The notes under the pieces are model-generated. The model was not told the DNA's origin. It ran no database searches and was given only the letters and a program-made list of their open reading frames with translations. A DNA stretch of 64,000 nucleotides from Elusimicrobiota bacterium (lineage in GTDB: Bacteria; Elusimicrobiota; Elusimicrobia; UBA1565): positions 64,001-128,000 of the forward strand of contig JBDRPD010000003.1 in the NCBI GenBank assembly GCA_043827405.1, given 5' to 3'. A program made the translations under genes and the position numbers. The first letter of the stretch is position 1; the number at the start of each line of letters is the position of its first letter. This document shows positions 54,666 to 64,000 of this stretch, one piece after another.

Positions 54666-55304
54666 ATGGGATTGCTGGCGATCATTGCGGGCAGCGCGGC
54701 CGCCTTCGGCGTCTTCATGTACGTCATCCCCGCTCTCCGGCGCCGGGTGCGCGCCAACGACTTCGAGAAGTCGCTCGTCCGCGTCAGCTTCAACCGGGAG
54801 GAGCCGACCGCAGAGCTGCTTAATTCCTTTCACGGCCTCGATCTCTTCGCGGCCGGCGACGCTAAAAAGATTCTGCACCTCGCTCGGGGCGAGCGCCGGG
54901 GCGTCCAGATGCTGCTGTTTGATCTCGATTTCTGGCAATCCAGTCTCCATCGCGGCGCCCGCCACTCCATCGTCACCGTGGCGGCGTTCCAGACCGAGTT
55001 CGCCGGCCTGCCCATGATCCACGCCCGGCCGCGCAACTACGTCTTCGACCAATGGGACTCGGAATTCCTGGACTTCCCGGAGGACGAGGACTTCGAGAAA
55101 GCCTACCTGGTCAGCAGCGAGCAGGGCGCGATCCGCGAGTTCTTCAACCGCCGGGTGCGGGCGCACCTGCGCCGGTCGTCGACCCTTGTGCTGCAGGCTC
55201 GCGGCGAATGGGTCATTCTGTTTCGCAACGACGTCACCATCCCGCCCAATAAAGTGGCGCATTTTCTGGACCAGGCCGCGCTGATCTTCAGCGCCGTCGC
55301 TTGA
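54666..55304 (+). CDS. Hypothetical membrane-anchored protein
   Basis: N-terminal TM; LDFPEDEDFEKAYLV...IREFFN motif; coupled to the next gene. Confidence 0.68.
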   Translation: MGLLAIIAGSAAAFGVFMYVIPALRRRVRANDFEKSLVRVSFNREEPTAELLNSFHGLDLFAAGDAKKILHLARGERRGVQMLLFDLDFWQSSLHRGARHSIVTVAAFQTEFAGLPMIHARPRNYVFDQWDSEFLDFPEDEDFEKAYLVSSEQGAIREFFNRRVRAHLRRSSTLVLQARGEWVILFRNDVTIPPNKVAHFLDQAALIFSAVA

Positions 55305-55786
55305 TGGAGAATCTCTTCGGCGCGCAGGCCGCCAACGTCATCCAGTTCCTCAAGTACGCCGTCGCCGGCGGCGTGGCCACGGTCACGCACATCTTCTTCT
55401 TCCACCTATGCGCCTGGAAGGTGCTGCCCGCCCTGCAGGATAAGGATTGGGCGGTCAGGTTTTTCCAGCTGCCGCCGGCCGCTCTTACCGACTCGGTGCG
55501 CGCGCGCAATTCCATGATCGACAACTTTCTGGCCTTCATGGTCGCCAACATGGTCGCCTACCTCATCAACGCCTATTGGGTATTCGAGGCGGGCCGGCAT
55601 CATTTTCTGGTTGAGCTCGCCCTGTTCTATGCCGTATCCGGCATCGCCATGGTTATCGGCACCGGGATGATGGGCTTCCTGATCAAGCGTTTCGGCATGC
55701 TTACGACCTATGCCTTCTGCGCCAATATCGTATCCGCTCTTTTGATAAACTACGCGGCAAGGAAGTTCTTTATTTTCAAAGGGTAG
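55301..55786 (+). CDS. GtrA-family membrane protein
   Basis: QFLKYAVAGGVAT...AYLINAYWVF...INYAARKFFIFK. Confidence 0.85.
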   Translation: MMENLFGAQAANVIQFLKYAVAGGVATVTHIFFFHLCAWKVLPALQDKDWAVRFFQLPPAALTDSVRARNSMIDNFLAFMVANMVAYLINAYWVFEAGRHHFLVELALFYAVSGIAMVIGTGMMGFLIKRFGMLTTYAFCANIVSALLINYAARKFFIFKG

Positions 55787-55800
55787 CGCCGGGGGGCGTT

Positions 55801-57348
55801 ATGATGAATAATCGACTTTTTTCAATAGTTTTCCTGACGGGAATATTGGGGCTGGCGCCGGGTCTGCGGGACGCGGCGGCGCAGGCCAAGCGCCCGCATG
55901 TCGACGACTATATCGAGGCCGCCCTGGTCAAAGACGGCGGTTTCGACGAGGCCGAACGCGGCAAGCTGATGGCGGCTCTGCGCAAGAGCTTCGCCGGCTA
56001 TGCCACGCAGATCGTCAAGCCGGAGAAGCCCGACGCGGCCAAGGTCGCCCTGCGCATGATCGTCGAGGGCCATTTTGACGGGGCTTCCTATGAACGCATG
56101 GCCGATGTCGCCTTCGCCGCCTTCCAGGCCGTCAACCGCGGCGCTCCCGCCGACGTGGCCGAGGGGATCGGCCTCTACGGCTACCGCAAGAAGCTCCCGG
56201 CGGACAAGATCAGCGACTGGTGCAACGGCTACCACCATATGGTGCAGCGCGGCGTCGAGCCGGTGGTCGCCGCCGACCTGGTGCGCAATGCCATGGAGAA
56301 CGACTGGGAAGCGCCGCTGTTTAACGCTTTCAAATGGGCCTTGGCCGAAAGCGCCAAGCTGAAGTTCGACGGCAAGGACTATGCCGCCTATCTGTTCGGG
56401 CATTACCTGAAAGGCGGGCGCAATCCCGGCGAACTGACGCGGGAAGCCCGCATCTACTTCGGCAAGCTCCAGAAAACCGGCGGCAAGCCGGACCTCCCGC
56501 CGTATGAGGGAATCTTCAGCCGCAAGCCGCCGCCCTCCATCCTTTACGACGTGCTCAACAAGCGCATCAACGCCCAGGTCGACGCGCCGGAGACCGCACC
56601 GGAGCCGGCCGCGGTGGAGCCTGAGCCGGCCGCGGCCCCCGAGGCCAAAGAAGAGGTGAAGACGGAGGCCAAGACCGAGAACGAGCCCGACCCGATGGGC
56701 GAGCTCAAGAAATGGCTGCTGGCCAAGCTCGAACGCTGGCCGGTGATTGAGGAGAAGGTTAAGCCCTATCTCGAGGAGCCGGCCAAGGAGCAGCCGGAAG
56801 AGGGAGCGGGCGCGGCCCAGGTCGCGGGAGAAGAGACCGCCGAACCGGCGGCCGAAGAGCCGGCCGCGCCGGCGGCTGAGGAGAAAAAGGCCGAACCCGC
56901 GGCCGTCGTCAAAACATTCAAGCCCAAAACCCAGCAGCAGGCCAAGCTCGAGGATGTCGGCCTGATCATGAACATGCTGTGGCCGAACCTCGAGAAGTCG
57001 GTCAAGTCCTATCTCGGTACGCCCTATGTATGGGGCGGTACGACCCGTAAGGGCATCGACTGCTCGGCCTTGATGCAGAACAGCTATCTCGACAATCGCA
57101 TCGGCATCCCGCGCGTGAGCAAGCAGCAGTGGATGGTGGGCGATCCCATCCCCAAGGCCAAGCTCCAGGAGGGGGACCTGGTTTTCTTCAATACCTTGGG
57201 CGTCGGGGTGTCGCATGTGGGCATGGTGGTCTCCGCCAAGCCGACCAAGGTCATTCACGCTTCCTCGTCGCGCGGCGTGGTGATCGATCCGCTCGATACG
57301 CGCTACTTCGCGCCCCGCTATCTGGGCGCGCGCCGGGTGATCAACTAG
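55801..57348 (+). CDS. Secreted NlpC/P60 (C40) peptidase with a long N-terminal region
   Basis: YLGTPYVWGG...GIDCSAL...GDLVFF...SHVGM...IHASSSRGV. Confidence 0.92.
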   Translation: MMNNRLFSIVFLTGILGLAPGLRDAAAQAKRPHVDDYIEAALVKDGGFDEAERGKLMAALRKSFAGYATQIVKPEKPDAAKVALRMIVEGHFDGASYERMADVAFAAFQAVNRGAPADVAEGIGLYGYRKKLPADKISDWCNGYHHMVQRGVEPVVAADLVRNAMENDWEAPLFNAFKWALAESAKLKFDGKDYAAYLFGHYLKGGRNPGELTREARIYFGKLQKTGGKPDLPPYEGIFSRKPPPSILYDVLNKRINAQVDAPETAPEPAAVEPEPAAAPEAKEEVKTEAKTENEPDPMGELKKWLLAKLERWPVIEEKVKPYLEEPAKEQPEEGAGAAQVAGEETAEPAAEEPAAPAAEEKKAEPAAVVKTFKPKTQQQAKLEDVGLIMNMLWPNLEKSVKSYLGTPYVWGGTTRKGIDCSALMQNSYLDNRIGIPRVSKQQWMVGDPIPKAKLQEGDLVFFNTLGVGVSHVGMVVSAKPTKVIHASSSRGVVIDPLDTRYFAPRYLGARRVIN

Positions 57349-57352
57349 CGCG

Positions 57353-57868
57353 ATGCCGGCGATCAAGCCGCCCGAACTGGATATCCCGGCGCACTGCGAG
57401 CCGATTGATCCGTTCGCCGGCTTTACCGCCGCCCGCAGCTTCATCTCGCGCAACGCCGACGACGACCGCCTCTCCATCCGCTACTTCCGCGATCGCCGCG
57501 ACGGCGCCATGACGTCCTGGGCCTGGTTCGGTCCCGGGGCCGAAGGCGCGCCCGGCCGCATCCACGGCGGCAGCGTGTCGGCCATCCTCGATGAGGCCCT
57601 GGGCGCCGCGGTGTGGACCGCCGGCATTCCGGTGGTGACCGTGAAGCTTACGGTCAAGTACCGCCGGCCGCTCAATGTGGGGACGCTGTGCACCATCGCG
57701 CCCGTGATCGTCCGCCAGAGCGGCAAGCGCGTGCGCGTCATCGGGACGCTTAATGAGGAAGGCAACGGCGTTATCGCCGAGGCCGAGGCGGTCTACTACC
57801 GGCTGTCGGATGCGGAAATTCCCCAGGAGGCGGTCCGGATCATGCGCGAGCGGCGGGGAGAGGCTTAG
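57353..57868 (+). CDS. PaaI/hotdog-fold thioesterase
   Basis: EGAPGRIHGGSVSAILDEALG...TVKLTVKYRRP. Confidence 0.9.
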   Translation: MPAIKPPELDIPAHCEPIDPFAGFTAARSFISRNADDDRLSIRYFRDRRDGAMTSWAWFGPGAEGAPGRIHGGSVSAILDEALGAAVWTAGIPVVTVKLTVKYRRPLNVGTLCTIAPVIVRQSGKRVRVIGTLNEEGNGVIAEAEAVYYRLSDAEIPQEAVRIMRERRGEA

Positions 57869-58791
57869 GCGGCGGGAAGGCCGAGCTTCTTCATTACTTC
57901 CAGGCGGAAGTCGATGATCACGCGCACGTAGAACTCGTAGTGGTTGTAGGCCCAGATGGCTTTCCAGATGCTCGATCCCCGCGCGAAGTCGGTATCCCCG
58001 GGCCGGTAGCCGTTCCTTATCAGGTAGTTGGCGATCGAGCCCAGAACGTCGGACCATTCGTCATGGCGGCGCACCCCGTCGCCGTCGTAGTCGACGGCGT
58101 AGTGATTGAAGCTTGAGGGGATGAACTGGCCGAAGCCGAAGGCTCCCGCATAGGAACCCATGATCGACTGCGGCTCGACCTTGTCGCGCCAGCAGTACAT
58201 CAGGTACTCGGCCAATTCGCGCGCCGCCCATGCCGAACGCCGCGGCACCTTATGCGCCGTCGTATAGAGGGCGTTGAAGACGGTGTATTTTCCCGTATAG
58301 CTGCCGAAGTAGGTCTCCACTCCCGGAAAGGCGACGAGCAGGAACTCATCGACGTCGTAATGCGCGGCGACGTTTTTAATAAGGTCCTTGTTTTCGCGGT
58401 AGAACTTTTCGCCTTTCTCGATGCGGTGCGGCTTGATGAAGATGCCGCGGTAGTCTTCATAGGTTCGCTCGGGCCGCGGCACTTCGGGGCGCTGCGGCGG
58501 GTCCCAGCGGCGGACCACTTCGGGAATGATCATGACCTGCGGATCGGCGAAGGCGCCGCGGATGAAATCAATGGGGACGCCCGAGCCTTCAAGATGCTTG
58601 AGGACCGCGGTATAGACCGGGTCGACCGAGCGGTTGTGCAGCCGCGATGTTCGCTTTATGTCGAGGAAATCGCGGCGGATTTCGCGCAGGTCGTTGTGGA
58701 AGACGGAGCTGCCGAAGGCGCCGCCGGCGCGGACGGGAGCGGCCGCCAAGGCGGCCAGCGCGATCGCGGCCGGTATTTTATTCCACCCCAT
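57865..58791 (-). CDS. Lytic murein transglycosylase, MltB-like
   Basis: GVETYFG, GSYAGAFGFGQFIPSS, VDYDGDG, SIANYL, YNH. Confidence 0.92.
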   Translation of the reverse strand: MGWNKIPAAIALAALAAAPVRAGGAFGSSVFHNDLREIRRDFLDIKRTSRLHNRSVDPVYTAVLKHLEGSGVPIDFIRGAFADPQVMIIPEVVRRWDPPQRPEVPRPERTYEDYRGIFIKPHRIEKGEKFYRENKDLIKNVAAHYDVDEFLLVAFPGVETYFGSYTGKYTVFNALYTTAHKVPRRSAWAARELAEYLMYCWRDKVEPQSIMGSYAGAFGFGQFIPSSFNHYAVDYDGDGVRRHDEWSDVLGSIANYLIRNGYRPGDTDFARGSSIWKAIWAYNHYEFYVRVIIDFRLEVMKKLGLPAA

Positions 58792-58904
58792 GCGCGCGTA
58801 TTATATCCCGTTGTGCCCAAATGTAATATGGGCCCTTTGGGGAAGGTCCATCCCGGGTCCTCTGCCTCATAACATCCAGGGGCGATGGGCCTATAATAAA
58901 TCCA

Positions 58905-61136
58905 GTGGTTAAGAGTCTCGCGGTCCTCATCGCGCTGAACCTGGCGGCCTCTCCGTCGGCGGCATCCCCGGTCTTCACTCCGCTCAATATCGAGGGCGCG
59001 GCGGTAACAGGCTGGACGCCGGCGGCTCCCGACGATGATCCCAACGAGAATGTCCCGGGAGCGCCCGAGCGGGCCGGCTTCTGGGACCGCATGCAGGACA
59101 AGGCCTTCGACCAGATCTGCAAAAACATCAAGCTCAAGCAGGGGCAGAAGCTCGACCTCCCGGGCGCCGGCGCCGCCGGCGTAAGCGTCCAGCGCTACAT
59201 GCAGCGCACCGCGGCCGGGACCTTCGCCCTGGTCGACCGCGCCGAAATCTCGCTCGACGCCGGCTATGGGCAGAGCATATTCGACTCGCCCAATGGCCCG
59301 GTGTCGATCAGCGTCGGCGCTTCGATCCGCGGCGAATCGGTCGTGGTGCGGCCGCTGGGCACCAAGAAGTCCTGCGACGAGCTCGGCCGCCTGGCGAACC
59401 TCTTCGATATCAAGACCGCCGTCCCGCTCTCGCCCGAGCGCATCTCCCGGATGGAGATCGGCGAGATCTGGAAGCTGCCGCTCACTTTGCATATCGGCGC
59501 GGGGATCGGCACCGGCCTGCGCTTCGATGAGGTCCCGGTCGCGATATCGCTGGGCCGCGGCAAGTCGACGCGCGCCTCGGTCACCCTTTACCGCATGGCC
59601 GAGGATCAGCTGCGCTTCCGCCTGCGCGTCGACAAGATGGACATCCGCGATAAGGGCGGCGACATCGTCTACTCGGTCCCCGGGGCCCTGCTCGGCTTTC
59701 CCGAGACCGAGACCGTCGTCCTTGAGCAGCTGGTGCGCCTGGTCAACCGGCAAATCGCCAAGACCATATCGCGCTACCTGACCGCCCGCGTCGGCCTGCA
59801 CTTCGGCAAGCGCCAGGGGCGGCAGCTGATGATCGAGTTCGTTCTCGACCCCAATGACGCCGAGTCCATGGCGGCCCTGCGCCAGCTTATGCGCGGCGAC
59901 CTCAACGCCCTGTCGGTGCTCCAGGAACTGCTGCGCCGCGCCAGCCGGGTCTTTGATAAGGACCAGGACGCCCGCCAGGAGGCGGGGGAGCTGCGCGACC
60001 GCCATGCCGGCGAGCTCGGCAAAGACGCGAGCTTCGTCGGCGCCGACGACTATACCCGCGACAGCTCGCGCTTCGGCTTCAAGATCCCGATCCTCGTCGA
60101 CTACGACCGAATCAACGGGCGCGAGCGCGACCGCATCGTTATCGTCGATGAGAAAGGCGGGCAGTTCGACGTGCATAAGGCCGATAAGCGCAATGAGACG
60201 GGGCTTATCGACGTGCCGTTTTTGGGCGAGCTGCATAAGCACAACAAGCAGCGCACCGCCCAGGTCATCACCTACCGTGACGCCGCGGGCAAGGTCTCGG
60301 AGCCGGTCGCCGTCTTCGTGCGCCAGGAGGGCTTCCTGCGCTCGAACTCGACGACGGCCCGCAATATGGTGGTCGAGGCCGATGCGATCATGCGCCTGGC
60401 CGGGACGCGCGGCGAGGGGGAAAACGCGGAAACCTCGCTGCCGGTCGACGAACTGTTTCCCCAGGAAGAGCTCTACCTGCCCGAGCGCGGCGGCGGTCCG
60501 CGCAGCGGCGACCATGGGGGCCCGCAGGCCAAGAGCTATCATCGCGGCATCAGCGCCTTTACTCTGGTTTTCAGCCAAAAGGCGATCAAGGACATCCTGG
60601 CCGCCTCGGTCGAGACGGTCTATAAATCCTTTATCCGTACTTTGCAGGATTGGGAGCGGCGGCTCATCGCCAAGGTTATGCCGGTCGCCGCGCTGCGCGC
60701 CGACGGCGCCCTCGACTATAAGACGCACGACGCCCTTAAGGCCCTCGGCCATTGGAGCTGGCATGACGAGGAAGCGCGCGACGACATGAACACTCTCTCC
60801 AGCCTCGCCCACAAGGCGGCGATGATCTGCCGCGATCTGGCGGCGGTGCGCCAGGCCAAGACCGCCGAGGAGCGGGCCGAGAAGTTTCTGGCGGTGCTGG
60901 CCGGCGACGGGAAAAGCAAGCTCGCCTACGAGGCCATCCTCAAGGTCCTCGTCCAAATGGTGGACCCCGCCGACATGGCCGGCGAGTTCTTCATCAACGT
61001 CGAGAAGAAGCGGAAGGACGAAAAAGACGTCGCGACCCGTCTGGTCCTAAACGACAAGCTCGACAACGGCGGCATCATCGCCGGCGCCAGCCGCAACCGC
61101 GCCCGCTTCGCCGAGCCCTCGGTTCTTACCGACTAA
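58905..61136 (+). CDS. Large hypothetical secreted protein
   Basis: Signal-peptide-like start, 743-aa ORF with host-like codon use; no family recognised. Confidence 0.75.
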   Translation: MVKSLAVLIALNLAASPSAASPVFTPLNIEGAAVTGWTPAAPDDDPNENVPGAPERAGFWDRMQDKAFDQICKNIKLKQGQKLDLPGAGAAGVSVQRYMQRTAAGTFALVDRAEISLDAGYGQSIFDSPNGPVSISVGASIRGESVVVRPLGTKKSCDELGRLANLFDIKTAVPLSPERISRMEIGEIWKLPLTLHIGAGIGTGLRFDEVPVAISLGRGKSTRASVTLYRMAEDQLRFRLRVDKMDIRDKGGDIVYSVPGALLGFPETETVVLEQLVRLVNRQIAKTISRYLTARVGLHFGKRQGRQLMIEFVLDPNDAESMAALRQLMRGDLNALSVLQELLRRASRVFDKDQDARQEAGELRDRHAGELGKDASFVGADDYTRDSSRFGFKIPILVDYDRINGRERDRIVIVDEKGGQFDVHKADKRNETGLIDVPFLGELHKHNKQRTAQVITYRDAAGKVSEPVAVFVRQEGFLRSNSTTARNMVVEADAIMRLAGTRGEGENAETSLPVDELFPQEELYLPERGGGPRSGDHGGPQAKSYHRGISAFTLVFSQKAIKDILAASVETVYKSFIRTLQDWERRLIAKVMPVAALRADGALDYKTHDALKALGHWSWHDEEARDDMNTLSSLAHKAAMICRDLAAVRQAKTAEERAEKFLAVLAGDGKSKLAYEAILKVLVQMVDPADMAGEFFINVEKKRKDEKDVATRLVLNDKLDNGGIIAGASRNRARFAEPSVLTD

Positions 61137-61699
61137 GGCATGAGCAAAACGATGCGCAGCCGCTGCGCCTGGGCGGAAGGCGTGGGCGATTTCTACGTGC
61201 AGTATCACGACGCCGAATGGGGCGTGCCGGTGCACCGCGACCGCAAGCACTTCGAGTTCCTGATCCTGGAAGGCGCCCAGGCGGGACTGAGCTGGGCCAC
61301 CATCCTCAAGCGCCGGGAAGGCTACCGCAAGGCTTTCGCGGACTTCGACCCGGTCAAGGTCGCGCGCTATACTCCCCAGAAGCTGGCCAAGCTGCTGCTG
61401 GATCCCGGCATTATCCGCAACCGTTTGAAGGTGCATGCCGCGGTGACCAATGCCAGGGCTTTCCTCGCGGTGCAAAAGGAGTTCGGCTCTTTCAATAAGT
61501 ACGTTTGGCGCTTCGTCGGCGGCGAGCCGCTCGTTAACCGCCGCCGCACCATGAAGGATATCCCCGCCGTCAGCCGCCAGTCCGACGCCCTCAGCGCGGA
61601 TTTGCAGAAGCGGGGCTTCAAGTTCGTGGGCAGCACCATTATCTACGCCCATATGCAGGCGACGGGCATGGTCAACGACCACGTGATGAGCTGCTTCCG

Positions 61700-62191
<492 letters not shown>

Positions 62192-62195
62192 GGCG

Positions 62196-62846
62196 TCAGT
62201 GGACGGTCGTTTCGTCCCAGCCTTCCAGGTTTTCGGGCGGAGGGGAGGACCAGGCCAGCGCCGTGATGATCACAATAAACAGCGGCGCCGTCACCGCGGT
62301 AAACCACGGCGGGATCAGCTCGCCGACCGCCAGCCGCGCCATGAACTCCTCCATCGACTGCGGGTCGGCGGGATGGATGAAGAGCTTGCACAGCCAGACG
62401 CCGGTGATGAAGTAGAACAGCAGCAGGTAGTCCCGGCGCAGGCGGGCGCATACCGCCGCCCGCCAGCGGAGCAGCAGCCGCGGCTTGCGCAGGTCGGCCG
62501 CCAGCTCCTCGCGCCAGCTCTGATCGTCGTGCTGCTCGACCGGGTGGAGCTGCTGGGCGAAGTAATTGGTCTCCATGAGACGCAGGCGCCAGCGGCTGTG
62601 GTGCAGGTGCCGGTAGCGCTGGGCTTCGAGCAGCAGCGAGATGGCGATTACGTTGAGGCCGAGCAGCAGGATGAAATGCGGCACGCCGGGCGCGCCGAGG
62701 CAGAAGGTCGTCAAACCCATGGTGATCAGGATGGCCCAGTTGCAGGTGATGTCGAGCCGCTGGCGCCAGACGGTCATGCGGTTCATCTCCCCGCGGTAGA
62801 GATGCGCCATCATGGTATGGGTCGAGGGATCGTCGGATATTTTCAT
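62196..62846 (-). CDS. DUF2270-family membrane protein
   Basis: MAHLYRGEMNRMTVWRQRLDITCNWAI...EAQRYR...ARLRRDY. Confidence 0.88.
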   Translation of the reverse strand: MKISDDPSTHTMMAHLYRGEMNRMTVWRQRLDITCNWAILITMGLTTFCLGAPGVPHFILLLGLNVIAISLLLEAQRYRHLHHSRWRLRLMETNYFAQQLHPVEQHDDQSWREELAADLRKPRLLLRWRAAVCARLRRDYLLLFYFITGVWLCKLFIHPADPQSMEEFMARLAVGELIPPWFTAVTAPLFIVIITALAWSSPPPENLEGWDETTVH

Positions 62847-62876
62847 GGCTGACTAGAGTAGCAAATGCCGGGCGGC

Positions 62877-63839
62877 TTAGTAGGTGTAGGTGCCGTTGCA
62901 GACGATGTCGTAGGAGCTGCCGACCAGCACCGCCGGAATCTTGGAAAAGCCGGTCGGGTCGCGCGGCTCGAGCCGGCCGTTGACCTTGAGGATCGAGGGG
63001 GGAAAAGAGATCTCCATCAGCTCGGTCAGCTGATGCGGCGGGAGCTTGGAGAACTCGACATTGAGCATATCGTCGGGTCCGCCGAACTTGGGGGCGAGAG
63101 CGATGGCCGCCGGCTTGCGGTCGATCTTCACCCAGGACATCACGCCCAGCACGCCGATCCACTGTTCCATGTACTTTTCCGGATCGGCCTTGAGCTCCGC
63201 GATGGTGACGTTCTCAAATACGGTGCGCTTGCCCTCGAGCTCGGCGAAACGTTCGCCGCAGCGCTCGCCGCTGGCGGTCACGGCGCGAGCCGCGAAGACG
63301 GCGAGCGCTTGGTCGGGTTTGCGCGTCACCCATTCGATGCGGTCGGCTTCGATACGATGGCGGTGAACGGAACGCCGCAGGCTCTTGTTCTCCTGAAAAG
63401 TTCCGCGGGCGATGAAGACATGCACCTGCAGGGGGTCTTTTTTTGTCCGCTCCTCGCCGGCTGCATTGATGTCGCGTACCAGCGCCCGCTCTTCCTGCGC
63501 CGGCTGCGGCAGGCGGACTTGGACATAGGCGCCGAGGCCCCAGCCGTTGGCCAGGGCGAATGTCAGGCCGTCGGCGGAGAGGGCCTCGTTGAGGTCGCGC
63601 GCTATTCCCATGGTCGCCACGCGCATTCCCAGGTACTCGGCCGGGTCGGCATGCAGCTTTACCAGCGGGACAAAGACATATTCCTTATCCTCCTGGAGAA
63701 TTTGCCGCCGGCGGTGCAGGATTTCGACGAACTCCTCCAAAGTCGGGATATGCCGGCGCAGAAACCAGAAGTCCGAACGCTCGACCGCCCGGGCGGGAGC
63801 GGGCAGCAAGCAGGCGGTGATGAGCAATAGGCGGAGCAT
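62877..63839 (-). CDS. Secreted hypothetical protein with two internal repeats (OB-fold-like)
   Basis: LVKLHADPAEYLGMRVATMG and IAELKADPEKYMEQWIGVLG. Confidence 0.68.
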   Translation of the reverse strand: MLRLLLITACLLPAPARAVERSDFWFLRRHIPTLEEFVEILHRRRQILQEDKEYVFVPLVKLHADPAEYLGMRVATMGIARDLNEALSADGLTFALANGWGLGAYVQVRLPQPAQEERALVRDINAAGEERTKKDPLQVHVFIARGTFQENKSLRRSVHRHRIEADRIEWVTRKPDQALAVFAARAVTASGERCGERFAELEGKRTVFENVTIAELKADPEKYMEQWIGVLGVMSWVKIDRKPAAIALAPKFGGPDDMLNVEFSKLPPHQLTELMEISFPPSILKVNGRLEPRDPTGFSKIPAVLVGSSYDIVCNGTYTY

Positions 63840-63877
63840 GCTGGTAAAAACCGTTGAGAGAGGATAACATAGAGGGG

Positions 63878-64000
63878 ATGAGATCAGCCCTGCTTCTGGC
63901 CGGCCTGTTGGCAGCCTCCCCGGCGGCGGCCGAAAAGCCCGAATGCGTGCGCAATATCGAATGGGCGCTCAGCCAATTGCGCGCCGGCAAAGAGGTGCGG
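63878..64000 (+). CDS. 5' end of a secreted protein (truncated by the window)
   Basis: GAGGGG RBS then MRSALLLAGLLAASPAAAEKPECVRNIEWALSQLRAGKEVR, open to the window end. Confidence 0.6.
   Translation, partial: MRSALLLAGLLAASPAAAEKPECVRNIEWALSQLRAGKEVR

Overview
GC-rich bacterial chromosomal window with about 58 genes. No rRNA, tRNA or CRISPR array was seen. The repeated 'CTHTD' pilin-like family and the many Ala/Pro-rich secreted proteins suggest Elusimicrobiota, but that is inference only. Housekeeping content includes GH65 plus a beta-PGM-like HAD, MoxR-DUF58-transglutaminase, archaeal-type topoisomerase VI (B and A), YgiQ, an NSS transporter, sugar-nucleotide enzymes, tdk, pal-cpoB-tolB, an MMPL exporter module, NlpC/P60, MltB, tag and a Nudix hydrolase. 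The main candidate for an undescribed system is a tightly coupled operon at 36583-42038. It encodes a long-chain polyprenyl diphosphate synthase, a PqqD/RRE protein, three paralogous radical SAM enzymes with Cys-poor SPASM-like tails and a MenA-type prenyltransferase. It also contains a 36-aa peptide gene missing from the ORF track (40948-41058, MNEKNIAIKVEKLEWETPCLEEVSQRVMAQPYIRFT). This reads as a RiPP pathway making a polyprenylated, possibly redox-active, peptide-derived product. The operon is bracketed by copies of a 23-bp REP-like repeat linked to an adjacent RAYT-type transposase. Other highlights are a signal-peptide-bearing 1432-aa nucleotidyltransferase-RNase R fusion and two ATPase-less PilB/GspE N2-domain proteins, each next to a member of an unknown paralogous family. 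All product calls come from motif recognition; no database searches were run.
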